From Mytilus californianus (Eukaryota), in assembly GCF_021869535.1 (NCBI RefSeq), contig NW_026262734.1, forward strand, positions 103,912,001-103,976,000: a stretch of DNA of 64,000 nucleotides. The letters are read 5' to 3'. The notes under the pieces are model-generated. The model had not been told where the DNA came from. It was given only the letters and a program-made list of their open reading frames with translations, and did not search any database. This document shows, one piece after another, positions 25,729-38,405 of the stretch (position 1 is the first letter of the stretch; every line of letters starts with the position of its first letter). The position numbers and the translations under genes were made by a program.

Positions 25729-25809
25729 TTGCCAGTCTGCATTCTCCTATGTAAGTTGTCATTTTCTCTACATAATCTTTTATTTTCTAATTCCAACTTT
25801 GAAACAGTT
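25729..25809 (-). CDS. MPHOSPH9: MPHOSPH9 coding exon 10
   Basis: aattttcag|A...AA|gtgagt; (R)TVSKLELENKRLCRENDNLHRRMQTG. Confidence 0.85.
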
Positions 25810-26964
25810 CTGAAAATTATAATATATGATTTCTCAATCAAAGTAATACAACAAATGTTTTTTTTTCCATATACATGTATTGATCTCCTATCATCTACTA
25901 CTATTAATATCCAATCTCTTTAATATAAGTATATAATTTTCCTTGCAACTGGTCATTTCAGATTTGATCCTACCTTAGGTGTCACATGTGGAGCAGAATA
26001 TGCTTTCTCTTCGGGGGCACCTGCGATTACCCCGGTTTTTGGTGGGGTATATGTTGCTCAGACTTCAGTTTTCTATGTTGGGATCTGTATACTTTTGCTT
26101 GTGTTTTGGTTGTTTTTGTTTTCTGCTATGGCATTATCATTTCCTTTTTTTAACTTATGAGTTTGACTATCCCTTTCCTATCTTCTGCCTCTCATTTAAT
26201 AGGCTATTTATAAACATGCTAGGCAATCAAATCAATACTGCTCAAGTTAAATACCATGCAGGTGATTTCTAATTACGTTTGCAGACAAAGTTTATTAAGT
26301 GTTTAACAAAAGTTGCAGATTGTGTATTCAAATATTGGTAAGTATAGCCTTTTCCTAAAGTGTACATATCTATATAAGCTGAGCAAGTCTAAGGCGTCTA
26401 AAATTGAGACAAAATACCTGCATGAATTTGCTGCTGAAAAAGCCATTAAAATTTTGAAATATTGTAAAAATATTCATAAAATTGTACACATGTTTTTTTA
26501 AACAAACAGACATGGCAAAGAAGTTACATTCTTTTTACCATGGAATTTTTTTCTGTGTATTATACACAGATTCTTTAATACAGTTTTATCTAGTATGATT
26601 TTAATGTTAGCTATATTTTTGTCTTCCATTTAGAAAAGTGCTTTTTCTGAGCTGATTTTTATTGTACATGTTTCTTTGAAAATTTGTTGTATCACAGACC
26701 ACAATAATAGGAATTACCAAACATCTTTATCTGGTAAGGGTTTTGAGTGTCTTTCTGTGATTTTTCTTTTTGACCCTTCCCCCCCCCCCCCCCCCCTCCT
26801 TGATATCTTCTTCCCTTTTATAGAGCTTGACAAAAATTGTATGTCCGTCCACTAGTCTGTCAATTAAGATTGTAAACTAGGTCTATTTTTTTTTTTTTTG
26901 TATTGTTGGCTTGCTGTCACATTGATTTTAACCATCCTCTCCATTTATTCATACAAATAAATAC

Positions 26965-27029
26965 CTCTTAAGTTCCACTATTTCTGTTCTTGCATCATAC
27001 AACTTGTTTTCTGTATTTGATAAAGATTC
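26965..27029 (-). CDS. MPHOSPH9: MPHOSPH9 coding exon 9
   Basis: ttctttcacag|GAA...AG|gtattt; ESLSNTENKLYDARTEIVELK(R). Confidence 0.87.
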
Positions 27030-27897
27030 CTGTGAAAGAAAAATCAAGCAACTTGTTTAAATTAGTGAACATTTATGTGTAACGAAGTTGAGGTATAAGA
27101 AGTTTCAGAAAATTTAAGTTGGTTTTGGACATGAAAATAAATGTCTCCCCACTTTCTTAGGAGAGTAACTTGGAAAGACATTACATGCTGAGCACAAATT
27201 TTAAAATCTAATACTGTGAATATTGTGAAGTATTTATGCCGTTTATCCCATCATAATGATTTTGTATACATTTTATTTTGAGATGGACAGACAAACAGAC
27301 AGAGTCAGACATATAAACTGTGTACAGGAGAACAAGAATTCACTTTATTTATACAAAATTATTTAGATATAATTGAATATATGATTATTTGAGACTATGA
27401 CACATATATAAGAGGCTTGTGTATTTATATGATTGTCCTTGTCTTATCATCAGAGCATTTAAATATTTGTTTTTTAGTCGCCCATGACCAAGATGACAAA
27501 AGGGACCATTTCTAAAATTTGATCTTAGCGCAGTCGTGAATTTGCATTGGTGGTTTATACAACTGCCTTCCTCACTAGTCAGGCAATAGGCCTTATCGCT
27601 ATTTGAGAATCTGCAATACTTGACCTAAGATTTTCAGAAACTTAAACTATAGATGTCAAACAACAATCACGTTTTTTGTATGACATCAGACATTTTCACT
27701 TGCGATGACAATTTTTTTTTTACAATGGCAGACTAATAGCGATAAAGTGTATAAAGTTAATTCATTTAAATCAAATCAATTAAAATCGATGATCACACAC
27801 TACTCGTTTAGATTATTATTTGGTTAGATATTTACAGAATACAGCTGATTGTTTTAGTTGTGTTCCCTTTCCCCTGATTATTTCCCGCAGTTATTAC

Positions 27898-27945
27898 CTT
27901 TGTCAATTGTTGTTCCCTTTCAGCAGCTTCACACTTGTCTGAAAT
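27898..27945 (-). CDS. MPHOSPH9: MPHOSPH9 coding exon 8
   Basis: ttcttcttatttaag|ATT...AAG|gtaata; ISDKCEAAEREQQLTK. Confidence 0.75.
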
Positions 27946-28789
27946 CTTAAATAAGAAGAAAATATCAAATGTTTCAAGATATATATTATTATATACAGCT
28001 TGTACCTATATCATTAACTTGATAATTTAATTGTGCTCAAAAATACTCTTTTCATAGACATGTATAATAAATATACTTGTTCTCCAATTGGTTTATATAG
28101 GAATCAAATGGTTGATAGGAAAAGATTCTCAAATTTTCAATTTTATCATTCAATCAGAAATTAACAACATTCAATTACAAAACAAATTTTGTTGTCATAA
28201 AGCTTTTTACAAATTACTTTGGTATAGAGCCAATAGATCTATATCTTTTATAAGAATGGAAATATCATTTCCTCCTGTACAAAAACAAAGTAAAAGACAT
28301 TGACCTGCAGATGTGTTTTTGCTCTTTGAGCTGTTGGGTTGCTGCCTCAATGATGTATACATAAGGTAACTTTTATTTATAAATATATCTGATATGTGTT
28401 TTCAGACTCTTATTTGTATTGATAATAATAGTTTATCGTTGGTCATCTCAACGAGATTGCTTTTCTCGCTTGAGCCGGTACGGTGAATGACCAACGATAA
28501 TCTGTTTATCGCTATTTTACCTATGACGACATTGTTAATTTCATTGACAACAGCATGTGCGCCCTTAGTTTCTAGCAATAATTTTTCAAATCACTCTACT
28601 GTGCTGAGAAAGGAAATTATCAGTAAGATAAAAGGAAAATTTCGAAAAATAGCTATAAAACTATTTTACATAGCACAAACATCAGGTTGATTATTCTTTT
28701 ATCTAGCATGCAATAATTTCAAATAAGTTGGATACTTTTGCCCAGTTTAATTATCAATAACCTCTAGAAAAATGTAATCACTACGCTGC

Positions 28790-29085
28790 TCAGACTACAT
28801 TTGTTTGCACCTGTCCTAATTCAGGAACCTGATGTTCAGTGGTTGTTGTTTGTTGATGTGGTTCATAAGTGTTTCTCGTTTTTTATATAGATTAGACCGT
28901 TGGTTTTCCTGTTTGAATGGTTTTACACTTGTCATTTTTGGGGCCCTTTATAGCTTGCTGTTCGGTGTGAGCCAAGGCTCCGTGTCGAAGGCCGTACTTT
29001 GACCTATAATGGTTTACTTTTACAAATTGTGACTTGGATGGAGAGTTGTCTCAATGGCACTCATACCACATCTTCTTATATCTAT
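28790..29085 (-). repeat. Young copy of the agatataagaagatgtgg repeat abutting a splice donor
   Basis: Reverse complement of 479-745 with few mismatches. Confidence 0.8.
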
Positions 29086-29089
29086 TTAC

Positions 29090-29143
29090 CTTGTGTAAAA
29101 CACCTCTTTCTCTCTGGATCTGGTCAGTTAGCTCCTGATTAGT
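29090..29143 (-). CDS. MPHOSPH9: MPHOSPH9 coding exon 7
   Basis: ttcacactttag|ACT...AAG|gtaaat; TNQELTDQIQRERGVLHK. Confidence 0.8.
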
Positions 29144-29712
29144 CTAAAGTGTGAAAAAAACGAAATATTGTATGAAACTGCATTATATTACAGTCCCTTC
29201 AATTTCTAATTAAAACATTCCATTTTAAATGATTTCCAGTTTACCAAGAAAATTTGTTTTTGATTTCCGGATGTATGTTTCAATGACAAATAAACGGAAA
29301 AAATAAAACTTAATAAAAAACACTGTGGAAAAACGGGAAAAACTCATGAAATATAAAAGTGATTACTTGGTAAATTGTAGAGTAAATTATTGACATTATT
29401 CCTAGGGAAAATTTGTTTCAGTTTACATTTAAAAGCTGAATCCCAATTGAATTAGAATATTATATCATAATTTCATAATCAAAATGAATGAATGCTATGT
29501 TTCTTCTTCAAGGTAAGGTATCAAATTAAAATTGAATGTAATTGGTTTCGTGTGAAAACTTTGTGTAGTGTCGGGCAACATCAGAACCATCTGATATTTT
29601 CTTTTTTTTTTCAATACTGTTCTCTTTTCTTTACATAAATCCTAGTCCTCCAGCCTTCTATATTCTGTAAAAAGTATGACAAATTAACAATTTTTAATTC
29701 TACTGTACTGAC

Positions 29713-29874
29713 CTTTTTGGCTACTCTAATTTTGTCATTTAGATGTTTAACTTGGAATTCCAGCTGCTCGGCAGATTCATCTTTCTCTCTATAATAGTAC
29801 TGTAATTCTTCCATTTTGTTTCTAAAGTTATTCAATTTAGCCTGGGATTCATTCAAATTTTCTGCATATTCTTT
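29713..29874 (-). CDS. MPHOSPH9: MPHOSPH9 coding exon 6 (coiled coil)
   Basis: ttcattgcag|AAA...AAG|gtcagt; KEYAENLNESQAKLNNFRNKMEELQYYY...IRVAKK. Confidence 0.85.
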
Positions 29875-30700
29875 CTGCAATGAAACAAAATATTACCACA
29901 TACGTAAAAGATGCAGAAAAAACTAACAACAATAAATCATAAATGAACACATGCTTTTATACAAAATCAAATCATAAACAAATTAAAAAACATTTCCTGA
30001 AGTATTTATTCTTTTTACTACGTAAAGTCAAATCAATTTGTAGAATCCATCAAACTGTCAAAGATAAAAGAAATGTGGAGCCGTAGGCCTATTAAATAAT
30101 TCTCTAGTTTCCCCTAACCCTACCAACCCTTAATCTTAGTGCCTTCCCTCAAGATTTTTTTGTCATTTTTTAATGAACAGTATTAAAATGAGACTGTTTC
30201 CCCTGTTTAAATCAGTCGAAAAACTATAAAAAATTAAACAACCAACCTTATTTTTTTCAGCATTTTATTAGTACTACAGGTATTATTATCTTATTATCTT
30301 TTAGGCCTTATAAGCAGGTACTTTTTACAAATTTCCTGTTATAAACTTTGTTCACTAAAGAAATATACTAACACTGCCCTTTGTAGACAAGGAATTTGAA
30401 TGAGGATAGTTTGACTAGATATATTTTTGACAAAGTTTGCTTCACATAAGTCCAAAGTTTTAAAGGAGGAGATGCATACAGAATTTCTTTTGGATGAAGA
30501 GTGTTTTATTAAATTCAATTTTATCCACTAGATCATGTTGATGACTGACATTTTGCAAACACTTTTACACCAATCCACTAGACTTTATTTTTATTTTCAA
30601 CTGTTAGAAAACTTGGCTGTCCTGTTAAATATATACCCTTACAGATAATGATTTATATCATAAATACATGTTCATACAAGTTTCAGATTTACATACTCAC

Positions 30701-30749
30701 CGCTCTAACTTCTAGCCCATGGTTAATTTGTTCCAGTTCTCTACACTGC
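30701..30749 (-). CDS. MPHOSPH9: MPHOSPH9 coding exon 5
   Basis: ttaattctacag|G...GCG|gtgagt; (R)QCRELEQINHGLEVRA. Confidence 0.82.
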
Positions 30750-31520
30750 CTGTAGAATTAAAAAAAAATTATAATTAAAAAAAATCATTCAAGTTGTTAT
30801 CATCTTTCTAAAGATCTTTAAAAGAAAATACAAGACAGAGTTTTTCTTTCGTCAGTATTGGTATTTAGCAGTTCACAACACATCATACATTGTAATCTTC
30901 CAAATTTATCAGACCTGGTATTAGCCCTTTAGCTTCCCTTTACACTTAGAAAGACCATGTTGTTTATACTAACTTATAATATATTTAAACACAAATTAAA
31001 ACTACTGCAATATATTCTTGCAAGATATACATGAATGGAATCTAGGGGTTCAAATGATTTTGAAGTTGAAAGAGAAAAACAATGTATTCCAGTTGTTCAA
31101 GTTCTAATCGTGTCTCTCAAAGAAAATACAATAAGAGTTTTTCTTTCGTCATAATTGGTATTCAGCAGCTCATAACACATCATAACGTATAATTTTCAAA
31201 ATCAGTCCTGGTATTAGCCCTCTTGCATCCCTTAGACATGAATATAATCGATTAGTTGTTGCTTAATACGCAGTGAACAAATGGCTACTACAATAATAAT
31301 CTAAAAGTAATATTAGTTTTGAAAACCCTTAAAGAGAGTAGATTTGGGGCTGAATAAGCGCTAAAACTAAATATTTTAAAAAATATCTTGAATTTACAAA
31401 ATTAAATGTGGAATTTTTACTTATAAAACTTTACAGTTTTGGTTTAAAATATTTCCTGCATATTTTGAAAGTTTCTAAGATAAGCTAAAACTAATTTTAC
31501 ATTTTTTAATATAATTTTAC

Positions 31521-31742
31521 CTAGTTATAACTGTGGTACCATTTTCCATGTCCTGTATTTTTTCTCTCAGGAGACGATTTTCTATGACTAGATTCTGATT
31601 CTCACTAGAAACTCTTTTGTATGGTGATTGTTCTGTCATATCTGAGAGTAAGGAACCCCTGAGGTCACGTAACTCTTTCTCATAGTATTCACGTAAGTCT
31701 GCCATATGTTTTGCATGCTTCTCCCGTAAACTTACTCTAGTG
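31521..31742 (-). CDS. MPHOSPH9: MPHOSPH9 coding exon 4
   Basis: tttgttttccag|C...AG|gtaaaa; LREKHAKHMADLREYYEKELRDLR signature. Confidence 0.9.
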
Positions 31743-32229
31743 CTGGAAAACAAAAATAAAATTACATGATCATATTTAGCCTTTTTTTGTTTGCAATAGC
31801 AAATGTTGAATCATAAAATCCTTTTAACAGATTTCTGTCCACTTTTTGTTTGGTTTATTGCTGGTGCCTCATTGATAAACATGATATTAAAACATGAAGA
31901 TTCACTAAAATTGCGAGTACTAAAATACCTTTTTTCTTGATCAATTGAAAATCAAAAGACATGCACATGTATGAGAATATTTATGGGATTTACAGCATAG
32001 ACAATAATCAGACAAGAAATAAATAATTCTGAAAAAATTGGCTGAAAAAATAAGGAATAGAGAATAACGGAGTGCTAAAATGATAAAAAGGGAGAATATT
32101 GTGCAAAATATAAAAAAAAACATTATAACATGTATAAATAATTACCTTAACATTTAAGAATACAGAAATGAAGATCCCAATCAAGACAATCATGCATGTA
32201 TGTTAACTGTTCAGAATTTTATTTTTTAC

Positions 32230-32450
32230 CTTGCAGATAAAAATACATCATCAGCATTAGTAGAATCTCCAGCCAGCTCCACATCTCTCTGTGCCTGCTG
32301 CTGTAGTCGTTCTTGGTGATGACTTTCTAACAGACGCTGCAGTGATGAACTCTGTTTCTTCTCACTCATTGAAGGGGAGGTTACTCTGTCACCACTATTA
32401 AAATTTCTGTCCTCTCTCCTTGGAGGGGTCACTGTGGGTTCTATTTCTTG
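32230..32450 (-). CDS. MPHOSPH9: MPHOSPH9 coding exon 3
   Basis: cttttataacag|CAA...AG|gtaaaa; in frame with ORF 32226-32432. Confidence 0.85.
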
Positions 32451-33399
32451 CTGTTATAAAAGACAAAAAAAAAATGAAAATTTGAAAAAAATAATACACT
32501 TTATAAAATCAAAGCACTGTAAGCGCTTCAGGCAGTTAACCAAAAACCAAGGCAAACGTAGTTATGAAAACTGTGGCAGTGTTGCTTCAATTTTTTTCCC
32601 CAAGATTTGAAAGAACAAACATTAAACATTCGTATATTGTACATTTATGTTTATCTAATGAATTTATTATTAAGGCAAATTAACTAATATTTTATCAAGG
32701 TTTTCAAAAGCAACGCATATATCAATGTATATTTTTAATGGTGAGTCTGCAGCGGTACAAGTTCGCAATGATTGCAGTTGTTCTAGTTGGTAGTTAACGT
32801 TGGTACCAGTTGACTTTCAATGGTACAAGTTGACGTAGTACGAGTTTGTAATAGAATGAATAGACTTGCTTCCCTAGAAGGAACACTGAGTTTGTGTTCT
32901 ACAGTACAAAAGTTATGAGACACAAATCAGACAAATGTTTACTACTACAGGGATCCCCACCTTCACCCCAAGTCCATGATGTCACTCCATACCAAGTTTG
33001 GAATAAAATGACAGGTGATTATAAAACAGTTGGTCAAACATTCTTGAGCTAAAATTTACACTGCTTGAAAGATTTATATGTTTTCTTTAAAATGAGCCAT
33101 AAATGAAAATTTTTATAGGCCCATAAATAATTTAAAAGTAATTTGAAGTAAATTCAATTAACCTAGACTCATTTTTTGCATCAATAAAATTTTATAATAA
33201 ACAAGAAACAATTGTAACAGGATGCTGTCATGAAGTCTCTTAAACAAAGCTCCCATAATTCGTCATTCCCATGGTCGCCTGACATTGGGCAAAGTCCAGT
33301 ACTTATTGGTTTGGTCTAGTAAAGTGATATGCATATGTAACGCCTAGGAGATTGACCCAGTATGTCAATCAAATCTTTTTGAAATGACGAACGTGAATA

Positions 33400-33995
33400 A
33401 ATATGGTTTAGGAGTGGGTATGTCAACCGTTTACAAGTTCTCAAACAGGAGGGGTGGTGTGACCCAAGGGACTCCCCCTATATTTCATTTGATTTGTTAT
33501 ATTGTCCCATACATGAATATATTGGGTTTAGGGGTGGGGATCTCGATCGTTTACAAGTTCTCAAACAGGAGGGGTGGGGTGACCCCAGGACTCCCTTTAT
33601 TTCATTTGATTTGTTATATTGTCCCATACATGAATATATATGGTTTAGGGGTGGGGATCTCGACCGTTTTCAAGTTCTCAAACAGGAGGGGGTGGGGTGA
33701 CCCCCAGGGACTCTCCCTATATTTCATTTGATTTGTGATATTGTCCCATACATAAATATATATGGTTTAGGGGTGGGGATCTCGATCGTTTACAAGTTCT
33801 CAAACAGAAGGGGGCGGGGTAACCCCGGGGACTCCCCAAATTATTTTCATTTGATTTGTTTTATTGTCCCATACAAGTATATATTTGGTTTAGGGGTGGG
33901 GATCACGACCATTCACAAGATAAAAGCACATTTTCAAATTGAAGGGGGTGAGATGACCCCCAGGGACTCACCCTATATTTTATTTGATTTGTTTT
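33400..33995. repeat. G-rich tandem repeat, about 120-bp unit, about 5 copies
   Basis: ttctcaaacag anchor at 33438, 33558, 33675 and 33797 (spacing 120, 117, 122). Confidence 0.85.
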
Positions 33996-35452
33996 ATTGT
34001 CCTGATCTCATTACTGAAGACCGCGTGTGTCTATCATTTACTGTTTTCGAGTAATAGTCATTAAAAAATAAAAAAAATAATAAAATCCCATAGGGTTCTA
34101 CAGTAAACCCCTCCCTTCTTTAGACCCCTCAAAATACCATTAAATAGTCCCCAATGCACAAACGAAAGATTGATGGCTCCGCTAGACATGTTAGTCTTAC
34201 ATTTTATGAATCCCTAAGTAAATCTGACAAGCGGTCCGAGTCGTCTTCTTAGACGGTCCAACTTGTCTCTGGGACGAGTTGTTCCGCATTTCTTAAAACA
34301 TCGACCTGATTGGTCGACGTTGATTACGTAGATTTCCGGTACTTTTTCATTCATAAATAACAACAAGTGTAAGTTAAAATTACCGCCAACTTAGACTACT
34401 ATATATAACTTTATTTCCTCTGTCATAGAGATTTGGTGTACATGAACAATATTCCTGCGCATTTTGCTATTTGGGAAATATAAAAGACTTGTAAATGCAG
34501 ATTTTCGGCGATGAAATATTTCATACAATTGTTCTTTGACATCTTAGCCAAAAGCACAGGGGATAATAAACTACGTACGGATTTCTATTGAGCACTATTT
34601 TCTATGTGCAACTTCAAATATTATGGGTCGTTCGACGATCATTTAAGGTTATTCTGGTCATATTTTTTGTATTCCAGAATTAAAAGTATGAAAAAAATGT
34701 CCAATTAGTTATAAATAACATATTAGCCTGCTAGATTATAACAATGGCACTTGTTTCAATATTCGTTGGGAAGAACACAAATCTAGGGTGCTAGCATAAG
34801 GCAGCTTAACTGCCTAAAAAAAGGAGATTATTTCATTATCCCATGTGAAAATTTGTCATATGATAAAACATTTATATTTATAGGATTAAACGATGTAGGG
34901 TATACACCAATGAGATATCAACCCAACAACATAAAAAATAAAGTCATGCCTAAATTTATCCTAATCAACAAAATGAAGTATGGGGATCTGAGGACATCTG
35001 AGAGTCACAATTCTGTGTGCCCCATTACAAACAAAAATTTTTAGATAAAAAAAAAATTCAAATATTGAAAAAGTATGCTTTAGTGTTCTGAAAAATTTAC
35101 ATTTTAAATCTTGTATCTTTAAACATGTTAAATGAAAGAACTTCAAAACTTAGTGAATATGGTATATGACTCTTTTTTACGTTATTTAGTTACTGTACAT
35201 GTAAATATAGAAACTTTTGTGTGAACAACATGACCAATGGACAAAAATGTAAATTAAATAATGCTATTTCAGGAAATGCTGAATACATACAGAGTACTAT
35301 CAAATGTTAAAATGTGAGTTACTATTTTTGCGAAACCTATCTTGTCACAATTTTCATAACAATCAAAACATTGCAAAAATTTCTGAATTTAGAGTATTTA
35401 TTACTTTATTTGTTTATAGAAGCAGCATATATCATCAGAACAAATTAAGTAC

Positions 35453-36103
35453 CTCAGTGTTGTTTACTTTTCCTCTCAAGATTGGCATAGGACTACTGTA
35501 AACACCAGCCCTTGGTGGTTCTTGATGGCTTGATCTTGTAGGTCTCTCCCTTGGTGATAAAGATTGTCTTGTCAAATTATTCTCCTTTTGGCCTTGTCCT
35601 TCGATGTTTGACCTTGACCTTTCCGGTGAATTAGAAAAATCTCTATTCAAGGACCTTCTAACAGTTTCCCTTGGTGAGTGATCTTCATCACAATCACTTG
35701 CATCAACGCCACGGATCTCCTTATAGATTTCCCGCCAAGATGGTGAACGATTTCGAAGCAAAGAATTGTGGGTTTGAAATGTTTCTTGATATGATAATGT
35801 ACCATCTCTACCTTGGGGGAGATTTTCAGCTGTCCGTGAAATTTGTGAGTCATTCATCCTTGAATAAGATTTACTATGCTCGTCATGAACTGAGTTTATA
35901 GGACTTAATGAGCGATTTAGAGAGTGAGAAAGTGCTTCTTTATGTGTAGTCAGTTTCTGACGAAAGTTTTTCTGTTGGTCAAATAGCTCATTCTCCATAT
36001 GTTGTTGTAAATTAAATAAAGATTCTTTGTGAAGTCGATTCTGCTGTTGGAGATCAAGTTGATGTTTCTCTTCTAATGTTTTGAACATCTGCATCCATGT
36101 GTT
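35453..36103 (-). CDS. MPHOSPH9: MPHOSPH9 coding exon 2
   Basis: tatttcttcag|AAC...GAG|gtactt (an alternative phase-0 donor AAA|gtaaac lies 15 nt upstream); within ORF 35435-36202. Confidence 0.85.
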
Positions 36104-36822
36104 CTGAAGAAATAGTGAAAATATAAAATGGGGTAACTTTGAGATGTGAGATATATATGTCAATGAGACACCAAACCAAGAATAGAAAGAAGCAAAAGAC
36201 ATCTAAAGGATAATTTACAGTCTTCAACAATAGACAGTTGTCTATACAGTATATAGAGCTCTAAGTGATTTTGACTTTTCTTTTGATCCTCAAATACAAT
36301 TTTCATGAATTTGCCAAATAATGTCAAATAAAAATTTCAGATACTTTTTACCAGAAGCTTTAAAAAGCCCCCTTTGGACATGTTGGAATTTTTCTTAAAT
36401 GAATTATTCATGAATAACTCTATCATTCAGAATCTGAATTTCAGACAGAGGTCAATAAATTTAAATTGTAGTACCTAAATTGACCTCTTAATTTTCAGAA
36501 TGATAGTAGAGTTCAAGGTTTTGTAATGTTTTGATAAAATGTTCCAGATAATGCTTACCGGGGATAATTCAAATAAACTGTAAAAAATTTAATGAACATT
36601 GCATTGATAAGAGGGCATATTAACATGTTTATAATTAGGGGGCTTTGATGCCAGGAATTACAGTCTTTTTTTTTAACCCCGACAAAATTAAGCTTTGAGA
36701 ATAAATTAAAAACAAGTTATGACATGTATGATGACTTACATTATTATTTTCATATATATAAAATTTATAAGTGTTCAAATCTTTACTTCTCAAAAAAGTT
36801 AAATTTTTTAAGTGATTTTTAA

Positions 36823-38000
36823 ACTAGAGGCTCTAAAGAGCCTGTGTCGCTCACCTTGGTCTATGGGCATATCAAACAAAGGACACTCTCCAACATTGTA
36901 GACGAGAATAGACTTCGTGACAAAAATCTCCATTTTGTTGATCTTGTATTACTGATCTTTTTAGTCTGTTTAGTTTCTTTGACTTATTAATAGATCTTGC
37001 CTTGCTGATCATTTTTGTGATTTAAAGTGTTTATTTATCTATTATAATTTAAATCATATAAGGCATAACAGAAAAAAATTAGTTTTTCTCTAAATATCAT
37101 AGTTTTCATGTTAATAGGCAAAAATGGAAAAAAAAAAATGGTAAAATTTGTCATTTATGGGCAATAACTCCTATAAGAATTTGTCTAACAGTTTTGACGT
37201 ATATGGACACTTGGTAGAGCTCATTATTCTGAACACTTTTGCTCCTTTCAGATTTTCTCTATTTATAACAGTTCAAAAAATAATAGACAAAACTTGCATT
37301 TTACCCCTATGTTCTATTTTTAGCCATGTCAGCCATGTTGGTTGGTAGGCGGGGTCATCTGATAATTTTTTTTTAACTACATACCCTAATGATGATTGTG
37401 GTCAAGTTTGGTTAAATTTATCTCATTAGTTTTAGAGGAGAAGATTTTTGTAAAAGATCACAAAAATTTACAAAAAAATGACCTTGAAGGGCAATAACTC
37501 CTTAAGGGGTCAATTGACCATTTGATCATGTTGACTTATTTGTAGACCTTACTTTGCTTAACAATTTTGCTGTTTACAGTTTATCTCTATCTATTATAGT
37601 ATTCAAGATAATAACCAAAAAATTACCAATTCAGGGGCAGCAACCCATCAACAGGTTGTCTGATGCATTTGAAAACTTAAGGGCAGATAGATCTTGACCT
37701 GATTAACATTTTTACCCCATGTCAGATTTGCTCTAAATGCTTTAGTTTCAGAGATAAGCCAAAAACTGCATTTTACCCCATGTTCTATTTTTAGCCATGG
37801 CAGCCATCTTGGTTGATGAACGGGGTCATCATATACATAATCTAGATACCCTAAGGATGATTTAGGCCAAGTTTGGTTAAATTTGGCCCAGTAGTTTCAG
37901 AGGAGAAGATTTTTGTAAAAGTTAAGGGACGACGAAGGACGAACGACAGACGCCAAGTGATGAGAAAAGCTCACTTGGCCCTTTTGGGCCAGGTGAGCTA
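36823..38000 (+). mobile_element. HINE family A, copy 3
   Basis: actagaggctctaaagagcctgtgtcgctcacc .. gctcacttggcccttttgggccaggtgagc. Confidence 0.78.
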
Positions 38001-38405
38001 AAAAAAAGATTCAGTGTCAAATTAAGATATCATTTTTCTATTTTTTAAATCCATAATAATACAATGTAAGTGACTCTGAAATCACTTGTTTAAGTAATAA
38101 ATCTGATGTGAATATATAAAATAAAATCTATTGAAAGACTTGTCATTAACACCAAAATCTCCAAATATCAAAATAAACTGTTGACACAGAGATATGTCTC
38201 GCATGGATTTAACTTGAATCTCCTCTTAAAATGTACAAGATCATGATGATGTATACACAAAGTTAGAAAATTGTGAATAGTCATTATGGTCATCAGCACT
38301 AAATCTGCTGAAAAGGACTAATCCCCCCCAAAAAAGTATCCATGCAAATAAGTTAGTTTACAGTATTCAAATTCTACCATGTCTACAGTCACTGTATAGT
38401 TTTAC

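Noticed and set aside
26779-26796. C18 homopolymer as a functional G-tract
   Set aside because: Isolated simple repeat whose length is unreliable in assemblies.
33384-34054. Three overlapping repetitive ORFs
   Set aside because: By-products of the 120-bp tandem repeat; no splice signals or recognisable domain.
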